This document shows, piece after piece, positions 26,040 through 38,567 of a stretch of DNA of 64,000 bases. The DNA comes from Octopus vulgaris (Eukaryota), in NCBI GenBank assembly GCA_951406725.2, contig OX597823.1, positions 45,446,001 through 45,510,000 on the forward strand, in the 5' to 3' direction. Every line of letters begins with the position of its first letter. The first letter of the stretch is position 1. Below the pieces are notes generated by a model that worked only from the letters and a program-made list of their open reading frames with translations, did not search any database and was not told the origin of the DNA. A program made the position numbers and the translations under genes.

Positions 26040-26438
26040 GGCATAGGAGTGGCTGTGTGGTAAGTAGTTTGCTTACCAACTACATGGTTCCTAGTTCAGT
26101 CCCACTGCGTGGCACCTTGGGCAAGTGTCTTCTACTATAGCCCCGGGCCAACCAAAGCCTTGTGAGTGGATTTAGTAGACGGAAACTGGAAGAAGCCCGT
26201 CATATGTATGTGTATATATATATATATGTGTGTGTATGTGTGTATGTTTGTGTGTCTGTGTTTGACCCCCCAACATTGCTTGACAACTGATGCTGTTGTG
26301 TTTACGTCCCTGTCACTAAGCGGTTCGGCAAAAGAGACTGATAAAATAAGTACTACGCTTACAAAGAGTAAAGGCGGTGCTCCAGCATGGCCACAGTCAA
26401 ATGACTGAAACAAGTAAAAGAGTAAAGAGTAAAAGAGT
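26040..26438 (+). mobile_element. tRNA-derived SINE family A, full length (octopus OR-like; CORE-like ccttgggcaag)
   Basis: A box TGGCTGTGTGG, B box GTTCAGTCCC, body gccttgtgagtggattt...gaaagaagccc, central (TA/TG)n, tail (GTAAAAGA)n. More than 25 full or partial copies in the window, e.g. partials near 950, 4330, 8065, 11435, 13065, 19230, 19700, 22080, 24617, 39193, 41520, 44990, 46270, 50745, 57720, 58650, 60030, 61990. Confidence 0.9.
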
Positions 26439-26889
26439 ATATGTCTTGCATTGTTTTGAATGTTCACTGGTTATAGTCCTGTCTCAGGTTGTCTGTTACT
26501 TGTCTAATGAAAACAGGATCTCTTGTATAAATGAAGATAACTTCTATTATTTTGTACACTGAATATCTGTTATTTTATAGATTATATTTGTATTTCTTTT
26601 TCAGGCATTTTTGGTAGATTTCTAAATACTTCTGTTCTATGGACCCATTTGGAGCTGCTTTATGAATTGTCTCACAAAATCATACAACTTTTACTTACAT
26701 ATCAGATTGGAAGTCACTTATAATCGCAGATAATGCTATCAACTGGATAATGTAATCAAAATTAGTGGATTGCAACCTCCATATTTTGCTAAATGTTAAC
26801 AGCTTACTATAACCAAATCAGCTTCATCCCAAACTAAAAACAATAAACAGTCTCCACTGGGTATGTTATGATGTTGGCAACTGTTGAAT

Positions 26890-27545
26890 GGACAATGTAA
26901 ATTCTTGTTCTACTTTAGTTACTTTTCATGTGAGACTTTGCCAAAACAACTTAGATATAAATGTGGTATTCCTTCTTGGATCTGCTTTTGGTATTGTTAT
27001 ATTTGCTATTTCTTGAAAGTCAATGCTTTAGGTTTGGACTTTTATCGGTTTATGATATCTAGGGTCTGTTTAAGGTTGGTGTAATATCTATTTTGCTTAC
27101 AGCTTCTTTAAAACTCTTTTATCTGTTTTTATAATGTATGTTCATTTCCTTTTTGTTGTAGACTGTATGTCTGTTGTATAGTAGATTGTGTTTTAGAGAT
27201 GGAACTGTTACTAATTTTGTTCTAGTCATAAATAGTTATGTCTACTAGTAGCCATTACTGATTATGTTTGGTTTCATATGTATAACTTCTTTCTGATGTA
27301 ATGTAATGATCAATGATATTAAATGTGCTCTTCTGAGCAGCAATTTAATAATGAATATCTTATATTTATCCAGACATTTACTTTGTGCATTTAAGTAGAA
27401 GTTGCTATTGTGGCTTTTGTTATATACTGATGTGGTGTATTTATTATTCTTAAGTGAAGTATGAACATCTAAGAATTCAGTTTCATTGCCAGTACCTTAT
27501 TTCAAAAGAGAATTTTAGTACTGTGTTCACTTTGAAAAGATTTTC
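26890..27545 (-). mobile_element. Decayed Penelope-like RT thumb/linker fragment
   Basis: Hand translation of 27490 down to 27302: GNETEFLDVHTSLKNNKYTTSVYNKSHNSNFYLNAQSKCLDKYKIFIIKLLLRRAHLIS (FLDV...TSVYxK...YLN..S.C...YK...L.RA pattern); frameshifted downstream; boundaries approximate. Confidence 0.7.
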
Positions 27546-29153
27546 TTAATTTATTTCACTTGTTTATATCTCAATATACAAGCAACAGCTTATATGACAG
27601 CTAAGATTTTATAGCAGCAACAGTACTGTCTTGTGAAATACACAAACAAGCAATGGTCAGGTGAAATGTGTCATCAAACAACAACAGGCAGTGCGAACGT
27701 TTGAAATAATAAATGAAATACTATAAACATGAATTTTAACATCAAATTTTGGTTCTGAGTAATAAACACTTGAAATATAAACACTGTAGAGATATTTCAA
27801 GTGGTTGTATTTGTAAAATATAAAATCTGAATGTATTAATTTAAAAAACTTTAAAATCTGTATGGTAAATTACTATTATTATTATTATTATTATTTTTGT
27901 TGTTGTTGTTGTTGTTGTGTGAGAGAGAGCAGTGCATGTCATCAAAGTGGCAACGGAGTTTGAATATACAAAGTCCAATATACCCATCATGACCAGATGT
28001 CTGATAAGGGTACACTAGGTACATGCATCACAACTGCATGTGCACAACATGGCGATCTCCTATCAAGATAAACAGCACACGACTTTGCAGGTGGGGCCCA
28101 GTTAAAATTTCTTCAGGTTGAGTAGCCCATCCAGCTCAAAAGGTGAGTGAATAAGGGTCCTCTCAACACATGCCTATGATGCTCCTTCACTACCCTTGCT
28201 TGTGATCAGAGATGCACATATTGTCAGCCACTAAGGGACATGTTCAACTGGTTATACTCAAGCTACTGGTAAACAAATCTGTGGTATTGAGTAAAATATT
28301 TGCTGTAGCTCATCTTTTACACCAAAAGAAAATATGTAGATGATAACACTTCCAATGAGTTAAAATTAGAAGCCATGAGAACCATATTCATAACTTCTGT
28401 TACAGCTGCAGGCTAACCAAAACCTCATGGGTGGATTTGGTAGACAAAAACTGAAAGAAGCCCATAGTTCATATCATCGTCATCGTCATCATCATCATCA
28501 TTTAGTCTGCTTTCCATGCTGGCATGGGTTAAATGGTTTGACTGGAAATGGTAAGCTGGAGAGCTGCACTAAGTTCCAGTCTGATTTGGCATGGTTTTTA
28601 CAGCTGGATACCCTTCCTAACATCAACAACTCCAAGAATATGTTTCCAACCCCATGCAAGCATGGAAAAGTGAAATCTCTTTAAGACAATGGATGAGGAA
28701 AAAACACTCCTGAACAAAGCACATACATTAAGTATATGACATCAGTGATGTTTACATTATTTTACGGCTGCTCCTAATTAAAAATATGCGTGTGCATGTG
28801 AGAGTGTGTGTGTATGTGTGTGTGTGTTTGTGTGTGTGTGCATGTGCACGTGCGTGCATACATATATGTGTGTATGCTTGTGTGTGTGTTTGTGCACATG
28901 CACGTATGCATGTGTGTGCGTGTTTGTGTGTGTGTGCATGTGCTTGAATGTATATATGATTCATTCATACAACTCTAAAACAAAAAAGATATAAAGTCAT
29001 TTTTCATGATTTATGATTTTGTGGTTCTCCTGCAATTCAAGTTGAAGCTGATTTTATTCTTCAATGGTCAATAAAATATACACCTGGTCGACTAATCATA
29101 ATAAATACCTGGTTGACTAATCATAATCTACAATGCAACAAAAACAAACATAC

Positions 29154-29288
29154 CAGCTTGGATAGATTCATGTCTCTCAAGACCCTCATTACAATTGTTG
29201 ATTCACTGTCTTGGGAGTTCGTTCTTTTGAAAGCTCCCAGTGTCCTTAACACAGATAAAATATTCCGCAAGCCAAAGTCATAATGAAC
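29154..29288 (-). CDS. DNAH5: Dynein heavy chain exon 8
   Basis: ttacag|GTT...CTG|gtatgt; 135 nt; [45 protein letters not shown]. Confidence 0.96.
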
Positions 29289-29413
29289 CTGTAAAAAAAG
29301 CAACGATTTGGTTAGTTTGTCAACAAAATTGTCCTTGGTGGTTCCACTGGCAGTAGTGTCAGCCTCCTCCTCATCATTCATACATAAATACATATACATA
29401 TGTATATAGATAT

Positions 29414-29461
<48 letters not shown>

Positions 29462-29462
29462 G

Positions 29463-29843
29463 TCTTTTATTCATTTATTGGTTTCAGTAATTTGACTATG
29501 GTCATGCCGGAGCGCCACCTTTAGTTGAACAAATCAACCCCAGTACTTATTCTTTGTTAGCCTAGTACTTATTCTATCAGTATCTTTTGCCAAACCACTA
29601 AGTTTCGGGGACGTAAACACATTGACTTCGGTTGTCAAGTGATGGTGGTGGGGACAAACACAGACACACAAACATATATATATATATATGATGGGCTTCT
29701 TTCAGTTTCCGGCTACCAAATCCACTCACAAGGCTTTGGTTGACCCGAAACTATAGTAGAAGACACTTGCCCTAGGTGCCCTGCAGTGGGACTGAACCTG
29801 CAACAATGTGAATGGGAAGCAAGCTTCTTATCACACAGCCACA
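29463..29843 (-). mobile_element. SINE family A, full length
   Basis: Reverse complement of the family consensus; flanked by (TA)n. Confidence 0.87.
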
Positions 29844-30368
29844 CCATATATATATATATATATATCCTTTAAGTTTGTTTACAAGAGACATGACATCTTG
29901 AATATGCACATAAAAGTTCTTATTCTGTTACACCAGCTGCAGCCTAATGATTCCATCTGATTTGGTGGGGTTGCACTAAGTTGTATTGATATAATGTAGG
30001 ATAAACATACTTTTCTACTCTAGGCACAAGGCCTAAAATTTTGCGAGATGGAGCAGGGGGGGGGGGGCAATTGATTAGATTGACCCTAGTACGCAACTGG
30101 TACTCAATTTATCAACCCCAAAAGGATGACAGGCAAAGTCGACCTTGATGGAATTTGAACTCAGAACATAAAGACAGACGAAATACCACTAAGCATTTTG
30201 CCTGGCGTGCTAACGTTTCTGCCAGCTCGCTGCCTTAATGTAAGATAAATATAGTAATGATAATAATCATCCTTGGATAGAGTTTATGAATATTTTAATG
30301 CATTGCTATGTGTGTTTCCACAAATCACATGTTTCTTAAGATCATAGTCCATAATCCTAAGATGATTA

Positions 30369-31640
30369 CAGTACAGTCCGTATTTTCCTTGGACATAGGA
30401 CAAATCCTGTTTGTGCATTCATTTCTTAACATATGTTTAACTGAAGGTTGTTTATCAATTTTGACCAATGAGAAGCAGATGTCAGGATGGGTAGTATAGT
30501 TCTTTGGTTTGACAGCAGGTGCCATTACAGTCATTCAGTTGTTGGAATTCATTGTCTGAGTTAACAAATGATACTTTCTTAATGTGACCTTTTAATTAAT
30601 TTTGGTTTTGTTCTTAGTCGAAAGACACCTGTTGTTATGTCCTGTTATTAATTTTATTGTATTTTTTTATTGTATTTATATTTGTGTAACATTGTCCGTT
30701 TTTTTCCGTTTTTGTATACATTCGCTGCATTCTTCCAAGGAATCTAATGCTCTTAGCTTAGTTTTTCCTTGGGGTTGGCCAGATTGGAGCAATCTCAAGA
30801 ATAATCAGTCAAAATTGCAAGGATAATCTGGTGCTTGACAGAAGAAAGAAAACTTCGAATGACCCATCCTTGTTTTCTTTGTATCGTCTATCTTGATGTT
30901 TTGTTGTCCTTTTTTGTATCACCTAGTTGTCTGGATGTTTTGCGTTCTTGTCCCATTTTGTATTTTTTATATATATGAAAATAGTAGCTATTTTGTTTAG
31001 TTGTTTATGTCTTTCTCTTGTTCTAATATATGCCAATTCTGTTTCAAAATGTTTTGTTTTTATTTTTGGCATCATTCCTAGAATTTGAATAAAATATTTT
31101 GAAACATAAAAACACTAACAGTCTTTGGCATATAATAGAAAAGAAAAGCAAATATACAACTAAACAAAATAACCAGTATTTTCATATGCTGTATGCTATA
31201 CTATTATACCATCAAAAGAAATTAAAAGGTCATTTTTAAGAAAGTATCATTTGTCAACTTAGGCAATGAACTCCAACAACTGAATGGCTGTAATGACTGT
31301 ACTTGCTGACTTGACAATTTCTGAATTCACTGAAGAGGCACCTGCTGTGAACAAAGTCAAACCAAAGAACTACACTACCCATCCTGACATCTGCATACAC
31401 AAATATCAAAATGAGTCCAACATCACCAAACACACCTCCATCTTCTTATAACTACCATTCCTTCCTCTCTTTTCATCACCTCCTATTCCTCCCCACAAAA
31501 TACACACTGAAATGCCCACCATACCCTAATCAATGTTCTTATTGGTCAAAATTGATAAACAACTCTCAGTTAAACATCCATTAATGACATATTGTCTGAA
31601 GAAATGAATGCATGAACATAATACAGACTGTACTGTATAG
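30369..31640. repeat. Local inverted duplication (30369-30598 vs 31219-31640) with multiple indels
   Basis: gcagatgtcaggatgggtagtatagttctttggtttgac mirrors gtcaaaccaaagaactacactacccatcctgacatctgc; caaatgatactttcttaa mirrors ttaagaaagtatcatttg. Confidence 0.8.
30602..30972 (+). repeat. TA-associated interspersed repeat; partial copy 44326-44487 (-)
   Basis: ctttgtatcgtctatct.gatgttttgttgtcc...ctggatgttttgc.ttcttgtcccattttgtattt shared in opposite orientation. Confidence 0.75.
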
Positions 31641-31674
31641 ACTACTCAGTATAGAGTAGTCGGATTACAGTACG

Positions 31675-32465
31675 GTAGGGTCTATTGGGCACTGTCTGTG
31701 AGAAAACAGCACCATGACGTAATTCACTCTGCCAAAAATTTGGAAACAACATGCTGTACTGCTCGGTATTCACACCGGAAGCTCTAATATGAACATTTCA
31801 GAGTGTTTGGATGTTAATTTGAGGGCAGTGCAATCTGAGATGTACCAAGAGTAATAAAAATTAAACCTCTAGTCAACATCATGTGATAGCAACGTTATGC
31901 CTTCATTCATCTTCCCACATGGCGTTGCACTCAATATGGAGGCCTATATCAAGCACTCGTTGGAAGTAGTGCTGCCCTGGGTCAAGAGGGTGCCTGCAGG
32001 AAAACCCTAACCCTAACCCTAACCCTATATCTGGTAATAGGGCTCTGCACCATGCCACACAAGCAGGAGAACCTAGTCATGGCTGCCAAACAATTTCTGA
32101 AATCACATAACACCTAACATCTGACCACTTAACTCCGCAGACTGCAACTCCCTTGACTATTATGTGTAGGGCACAGTTGACTGAGAGACCAACAAAACTC
32201 CTTGAAACACCAAAGATGAAATGAAAGAAAGGATTATGGCAGCATTCACCAATTTAAACAAGGAGACTGTCCAGAAGAGTTGTAAGAATTTCTGAAGTCA
32301 TCTGGAGTCCATGGTTGAAACCAATGGCGATTTTATTGAATAAATTTACTGTTTAGTATTTGAAGATATTTTTATGTAATTTTGGTATATATCTTTCAAA
32401 ATGAGACGTTAGTGTTATTTTCATTTTTGCATAATTTAGATGAAAGTTTATTTACCACACCCTAT
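31675..32465 (+). mobile_element. maT-type (DD37D) Tc1/mariner transposon remnant
   Basis: VMPSFIFPHG...LNMEAYIK...VVLPWVKRV...W**GSAPCHTSRRT*SWL...I*PLNSADCNSLDYYV*G; 37-residue spacing to the last Asp; right end ...tttatttaccacaccctata looks like TIR plus TA. Left boundary uncertain. Confidence 0.8.
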
Positions 32466-32582
32466 ACATATATATATCTTTATATTCATACATGTGCACG
32501 TGCACACACACACACACACACACACATCATCATCATCATCATCATTTAGCGTCCGTTTTCCATGCTAGCATGGGTGTGCAAT

Positions 32583-32616
<34 letters not shown>

Positions 32617-32630
32617 TGTATGTATGTATG

Positions 32631-32665
<35 letters not shown>

Positions 32666-32827
32666 ATATATATATAATACCAAATATTGAAATGGAAAAT
32701 TCACACATACAATATTGCTAATTTCTTGTCACTTATCATCCAAAGGATCATAACAATTTCACAATTTTAATGATAAAATTGGTAATTTTTGGTGGAATTA
32801 ACAACAACAAAAACCCAACGGCCATAC

Positions 32828-33022
32828 CTGTTTAGTGAGTTGTTCTTCACACAGTTTGTAAAGAGTGTAAAACTTCTTAGCCAGCATCACATTCTGTTGG
32901 AAGCCACAGCTGGCAAGTTTCACACGCATAATGATACCTCTGTCTGGTACCATCATGGCAACGGTTCGGAAGTTTATCTTCAGGTTTTCTGGCAGTTCCT
33001 GTCGACCAGCATAGCCAGGATT
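32828..33022 (-). CDS. DNAH5: Dynein heavy chain exon 7 (AAA1 sensor region)
   Basis: tcatag|AAT...CAG|gtatgg; 195 nt; [41 protein letters not shown]...LCEEQLTKQ. Confidence 0.96.
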
Positions 33023-33262
33023 CTATGAAACAAAGAGAAAATAAAACATAGTCAATTGATTCATTCACAAGTCATTGAAATCTAATAAAGTTTTTATCAA
33101 ATGAGATATTTAATATCTGTCATGATAATAACCATCCTGGGATAGATAAGGAATGATTTATTTCAGCAAAACCATATCAGACTCAATGATGTTTTGTGGT
33201 ATTTAGTTTCACCCTTCTCTGTAATAAATTCAAATCCAATCAACATCAACATCAACATCATA

Positions 33263-33432
33263 GGTGCAGATGTAGCTGTGTGGTAAGAAGTTTGCTTCTC
33301 AACCACTTGGCTCTCGGTTCAGTTCCACTGCATGGCACCTTGGGCAAGTATCTTCCACTATAGCCTTGGGCTGACCAAAACTTTATGAGTGGATTTAGTA
33401 GATGGAAACTGAAAAAAACCCATTGTGTGTGT

Positions 33433-33479
<47 letters not shown>

Positions 33480-33752
33480 ATATATTGCCAGATAAGACTG
33501 GAGCCTGGTGCAGCCTTCTGGCTTCCCAGATCCCCGGTCGAACCGTCCAACCTATGCTAGCATGGAGAACGGACGTTAAACGATGATGATGATGATGATG
33601 ATAGTTCACAGATGAGATCCAGAGAGACACTCTGTTTGTACTGTGGAAGTTGGACCTATTAAACTAAATCTCTATATATTTATTTGTACTTAAAAATTCA
33701 TCATTTGAAAGTCTCCACCTTTTGCTTTCTCTCGTTTTGCATGTATACATAC

Positions 33753-33784
<32 letters not shown>

Positions 33785-34120
33785 CTTGTATTTCACACCT
33801 AAACTAATATGTTTATCTGCATAATTGCCTCTCTCTCTCCCTCCCTCTTTCGATATATATGTATATATATATATATATTTATACACACATATATACATAT
33901 CTGTGTATGTGTCTTTGTGTCTGTGTTTGTCCCCCATCACCACTTGACAACTGGTGTTAGTGTGTTTATGCCCCATAACTTAACAGTTTGGCAAAAGAAA
34001 CTGATAGAATAAGTACCAGGCTTCTAAAAAAATAATAAAAAAGGTACTAGGGGCGATTTGGTCAATTAAAATCCTGTAAAGCCACAGTCTAATGACTGAA
34101 AGAAGTAAAATATAAAAGAT
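33263..34120 (+). mobile_element. SINE family A split at its central microsatellite by other inserts
   Basis: 5' half 33263-33425, 3' half ~33900-34120; SINE-C tail at 33485-33600 in between. Confidence 0.75.
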
Positions 34121-34415
34121 CAGTTTTACTTTGTGTCAGTGTGAGATAAATAAATTAAAAACTTGTAGTTTATTGGAATCTACTAAATCAATTAAATATT
34201 CCAAAATAAACTAGCTTTTTTTTTTTTGTGAAAGAAATCAATATTCCCTAACACTATGACCTAAGGGTCAGAGGTGTTTGTTGTTTAATACTCTCAGGCA
34301 AAACATTAACCTCTTATTTACTTTAAATGTTATGATGACAAGACATTTAGATACCAGAAGGAAACTAGAGGGTTAGGATCTCTGAGGACATATTGTACAT
34401 GGTAGGTATTATGTC

Positions 34416-34840
34416 ATTCTTATTCTTTTACTCGTTTCTGTCATTTGACTGTGGCCATGCTGGAGCACTGCCTTAAAGGGTTTTTAGTTGAAGAAATCGA
34501 CATCAAGACTTATTATTTGTAAGCGTAGAATTTATTCTATTGGCCACTTTTGCTGAACTGCTAGGTTATGGGGACGTAAACACATGGTTATCAAGTGATA
34601 GTGGGGAGGGCAAACACATACACAAAGACACAAACACAATATACATACATATATACATACACACACTCACACACACACACATGATAGGCTTCTTTCAGTT
34701 TCCATCTGTCAAATTCACTCAGAAGGATTTGGTTTGCCTGAGGTTATAGTAGAAGACACTTGCCCAAGGTGCCATGTGGTGGGATTGAATCAGGAACCAT
34801 GTGGTTGGGAAGCAAGCTTCTTACCACACAGCCATGCCAT
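34416..34840 (-). mobile_element. SINE family A, full length
   Basis: Reverse complement of the family consensus. Confidence 0.85.
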
Positions 34841-35249
34841 ATTATACCTGGTGGATATATATATGTATATATATATATATATGATAAAAACTATTGCTAT
34901 GAGATGGTAGTTAATGCTAACAGGTAGGACACAGGTAAAGAAAATAGACAGACATAAAACAGACATTAGGTCTAGGGCTGATAAGTAGAACACTAGTAAA
35001 TGAAATGAACAAAAGTAGTTAGTTAAGTAAAGTGGCTTGGGCAATTGTTCTGTGGTGCCAGTAGACAAAATAGAAAATATCTTACTTTGATGAAAGGTGC
35101 GGGAGATGCACTGACAGAGACATTCCACCTCATGGAGCTTATTTCTGATCAGACTGAGTAGGTAAGTTCTAGATGTTTTCGACACTATATATTTGAAAAT
35201 AAACCTGAGGGCAGCTAGTAATTTGTCAATTTGCAATCTTCAGCCTTAG

Positions 35250-35460
35250 ATAAGCAGATTGAAGCCAACAAATCATGAGAAAAATGAAGTGTAAAATGTG
35301 AGCAGAAAGTGTTTATCATTGTGAGGAACAGACCAAATTCAGGATCCATATGCACAGTATCTCTATCAGTGAATATAAACTGGGGTTTTTGTTCCTTTTC
35401 GCATGGTAGTATAATAGCAATCTGTTGGGCTTCCACTGATAGTACAGGTAGTTCAAACCT
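35250..35460 (-). pseudogene. Degenerate tandem duplicate of dynein exon 6 plus ~65 nt of its downstream intron
   Basis: 35317-35458 aligns to exon 36440-36627 ([46 protein letters not shown]). It starts ccag|GTTTG like the real exon but is 46 nt shorter (142 vs 188), and the donor is mutated GT to AT. The flank taagcagattgaag(c/t)ca is shared with 36371-36390. Confidence 0.9.
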
Positions 35461-35968
35461 GGCAGGTTGCTGCTAAGGAAGATAACAATGTAAATCACAT
35501 CCCAAATTTGAGACTTGCCACCTCAAAGAAGGAATACCACTTAAGGTTTTTGCTGTCCCTTAGCCAAACCTTGCTGGTTCTAGTTGCATTGAGAAATTTG
35601 TAGTAGTGCCCAAACCCTTTTTGACAATATCATTGAGGGTAGCATGCCAAGGAGATGAACAGAACTGAGACATCAGTTGTAGACAGGTAAACAAAGTGAA
35701 CTTATTTATTTAGAAAATATAGGTAGATAGACAGGTGACAGATATTAGAAAATGTTTAGGTAGTGAGAGGATGATGTGTTGCAGGAAGATCTTAGGCTAG
35801 TTGGTAGGCAGATATATAGCTTATTGCCTTTATTACTTAGTTCCAAGTTAGTTCTGATCAAATGAAAGGTGTTCCAACGATGACGAACCAACCTATTTGT
35901 TTTTTCCAGATATACTGTATTAAGGATAATATCATTTAATGTACTCATTGATATCATCTTTTTCTTTT

Positions 35969-36222
35969 TTAACCCATTCATGCTGATCGTCCATTTCAAC
36001 TGACTCTTAATTTATAAGGGTATAAAACAAATACTCATTACAAATTGTGATTTGTGTATGATCTGAATCAAAGAATGAAACATGTTCTTAACGCGTATGC
36101 AGTCTGTATCAAATGGATTTCAATAAAATTTTTTTCAGTCATTATTTAGGGCAAAAATTATAGTATCTGTGAATTTTCAGGCAATTTCATTCATTAGAAA
36201 AATTTCGGCATGAATGGGTTAA
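35969..36222. mobile_element. TTAA-flanked MITE (piggyBac-like CCC...GGG ends)
   Basis: TTAA-CCCATTCATGCTGA ... TCGGCATGAATGGG-TTAA (one mismatch); 246 bp between the TTAAs. Confidence 0.78.
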
Positions 36223-36439
36223 GATAAATTGCGATTCAGAGGGAAATCTTTAGCCATTTCTAGCAAACTGAGTATCCATGTAGACACTTTGTCACTAGTT
36301 TGTGATGTACTGAGAAAAATTCATGAGTCACATATAATCATAATTAAATAAAGTAATTAAGGGAATTAGGTAAGCAGATTGAAGTCAGCAAATCTTGAGA
36401 AGAAAACTCGAAAATAAAGTGTAATCAGAAAGTGTTTAC

Positions 36440-36627
36440 CATTGTGAGAAACAGACCAAATTCAGGATCCATATCCACAGTATCTCCATCAGTGAATATA
36501 AACTGGGGTTTTCGTTCCTTTTTGCATGTTAGTATAATAGCAATCTGCTGGGCTGCCACTGATAGTACAGGCAGTTCGATACGGTTGAATTCATCAAAAC
36601 AACCCCAAGAACCTGATTGGGCCAAAC
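36440..36627 (-). CDS. DNAH5: Dynein heavy chain exon 6 (AAA1 Walker B)
   Basis: ctccag|GT...ATG|gtaaac; 188 nt, phase 1/0; (G)[28 protein letters not shown]...[10 protein letters not shown]. Confidence 0.97.
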
Positions 36628-37359
36628 CTGGAGTAAAGAAAAGGAATATAGCAAAAAGCTTTATTTGTGCAGTCAATTTATACAATAGATCATATTTTGA
36701 ATTATGATATTTTAATACAAAGAAACAGAAAGAAAAAAGAAGAATAGAAAAGGAAAAGAAAAAGGGGTGGAAAGTAGCAGAAGATAGAGAAGAGGGGGTG
36801 ATGAGCCACACACCCTGGAACAAATGGTGAGCTCAGCTGTATCCCATGGTGATGATCATGATGGTGTTGCTGCAGTGAATGGTTAGTAGCACTCACTGCA
36901 GCAACCATTCCACCTCATCCCCCTTCTTATCATCATCATCGGTGTCATTGTTTAAGGTCTGACTTCCATGCTGGCATGGATTGGATAGTTTGACAGATGC
37001 TGGCCAGGCAGGAGCCTGCACCAGACTTCTGTGTCCATTTTGGCAGGGTTTTTATGACTAACATCCCTCCTAACACCCAGCATTTCTCAGATGAATATAA
37101 AGTGGAATATAGAGTAGATGAAAGCGGAAGAGAGAGAGAGTAAGAACAGAGATATGTAGACAGAAATAAATACTTAGCTGAAGCAATACTTAATATCAGC
37201 TCATTAATTGTGCTACAGTCCACTTTAAATCTCTTTAAAATGAAAGCAGCTAACAGCATCCAAAACGTTTGCCAAATATGAAGCTAGATTCAAGCACCAT
37301 GTGTGTCATATATTCTTATAATTTAGTTTTAACATATTCAGTATCATGAGCTTCCTTTC

Positions 37360-37714
37360 ATATTTTATCTTTTACTTGTTGCAGTCATTTGACTGTGGCC
37401 ATGCTGGGGTACTGCCTTGAAGAATTTTAGTTGCATGAGATGACCCCCACCAGGACTTATTATTTATTTGTAAAGCCCGGTACTTATTCTATTGGTCTCT
37501 TTTGCTGAATTGCTATATTTCAGGGATGTAAACACACCAACACCATATGTCAAGTGGTGGTAGGACACACACTCACATTCATAGCACAGGTATGGCTGTG
37601 TGGTTCTGGATTCAGTCCCACTGCATGACAACTTGGGCAAGTGTCTTCTCCTATAGCATCAGGCTGACCAAATGACCAAAGCCTTGTGTGTGGATTTGGT
37701 AGATGGAAACTCAT

Positions 37715-37763
<49 letters not shown>

Positions 37764-38185
37764 ATGCATGTGTGTGTGTATTTTTGTGTGTGTCTTTGTG
37801 TCTGTGTTTATCCTCCCACCATCACATGACAATCAATGTTGGAGTGTTTATGTCCCTGTAACTTAGCAAATCAGCAAGAGTGACCAATAGAATAAGTGCT
37901 AGGCTTACAAAGAATAAGTCTTGGGGTTCATTTATTTGACAAAACCCTTTAAGGAGGGGGTTCCAGCATGGCTGCAGTCAAATAGTTGAAATATGTAAAA
38001 GAATAAAAGAATATATATAAATACAATGAGTTTCTTTCAGTTTCCGTAACCAAATCCACCCACAAGGCTTTGGTCAGCTCGAGACTATAACAGAAGGCGC
38101 TTGTCTAAGGTGCCACGCAGTGGGACTGAACATGGAACCATGTGGTTGGGAAGCAAACTTCTTACCACATAGCTATACCTGCATC
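37360..38185. mobile_element. Nested SINE-A: + copy (37585-38012) inside a - copy
   Basis: Minus 3' half 37360-37570, plus full copy, minus 5' half 38030-38185. Confidence 0.8.
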
Positions 38186-38533
38186 TATGAGCTTTATAAA
38201 TCCAATTAGAAATACTTTTGCAATGAAGAAACTGTATATTTTTAATAGAATTTTTGGTGTTCCTTGCATTGACCGTGACTAAACAATTGTTTTTCATGCT
38301 GAGGATGTCTCTGTATAATTAACCTTAGTAGTTTAGGTTTTGATACATATTTTTATGTCTACTTTCATTTCATTTAAGCTCATTTATAAATTAATCTACA
38401 GGTGGAACAGCTATTAAATGTTGCAAGCAGCTGAGGGTTGCAGACAATAGAAGAGTTAATTAACTGCCAACATCATTTCTAATTGGAAGAGATATATGTC
38501 CAACCCATGCCAGCATGGAACATGGATGTTAAG

Positions 38534-38567
<34 letters not shown>

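Noticed and set aside
29076-29127. 25-bp tandem duplication creating cryptic donors downstream of exon 8
   Set aside because: Extension to the nearer site includes an in-frame TGA; likely neutral slippage.
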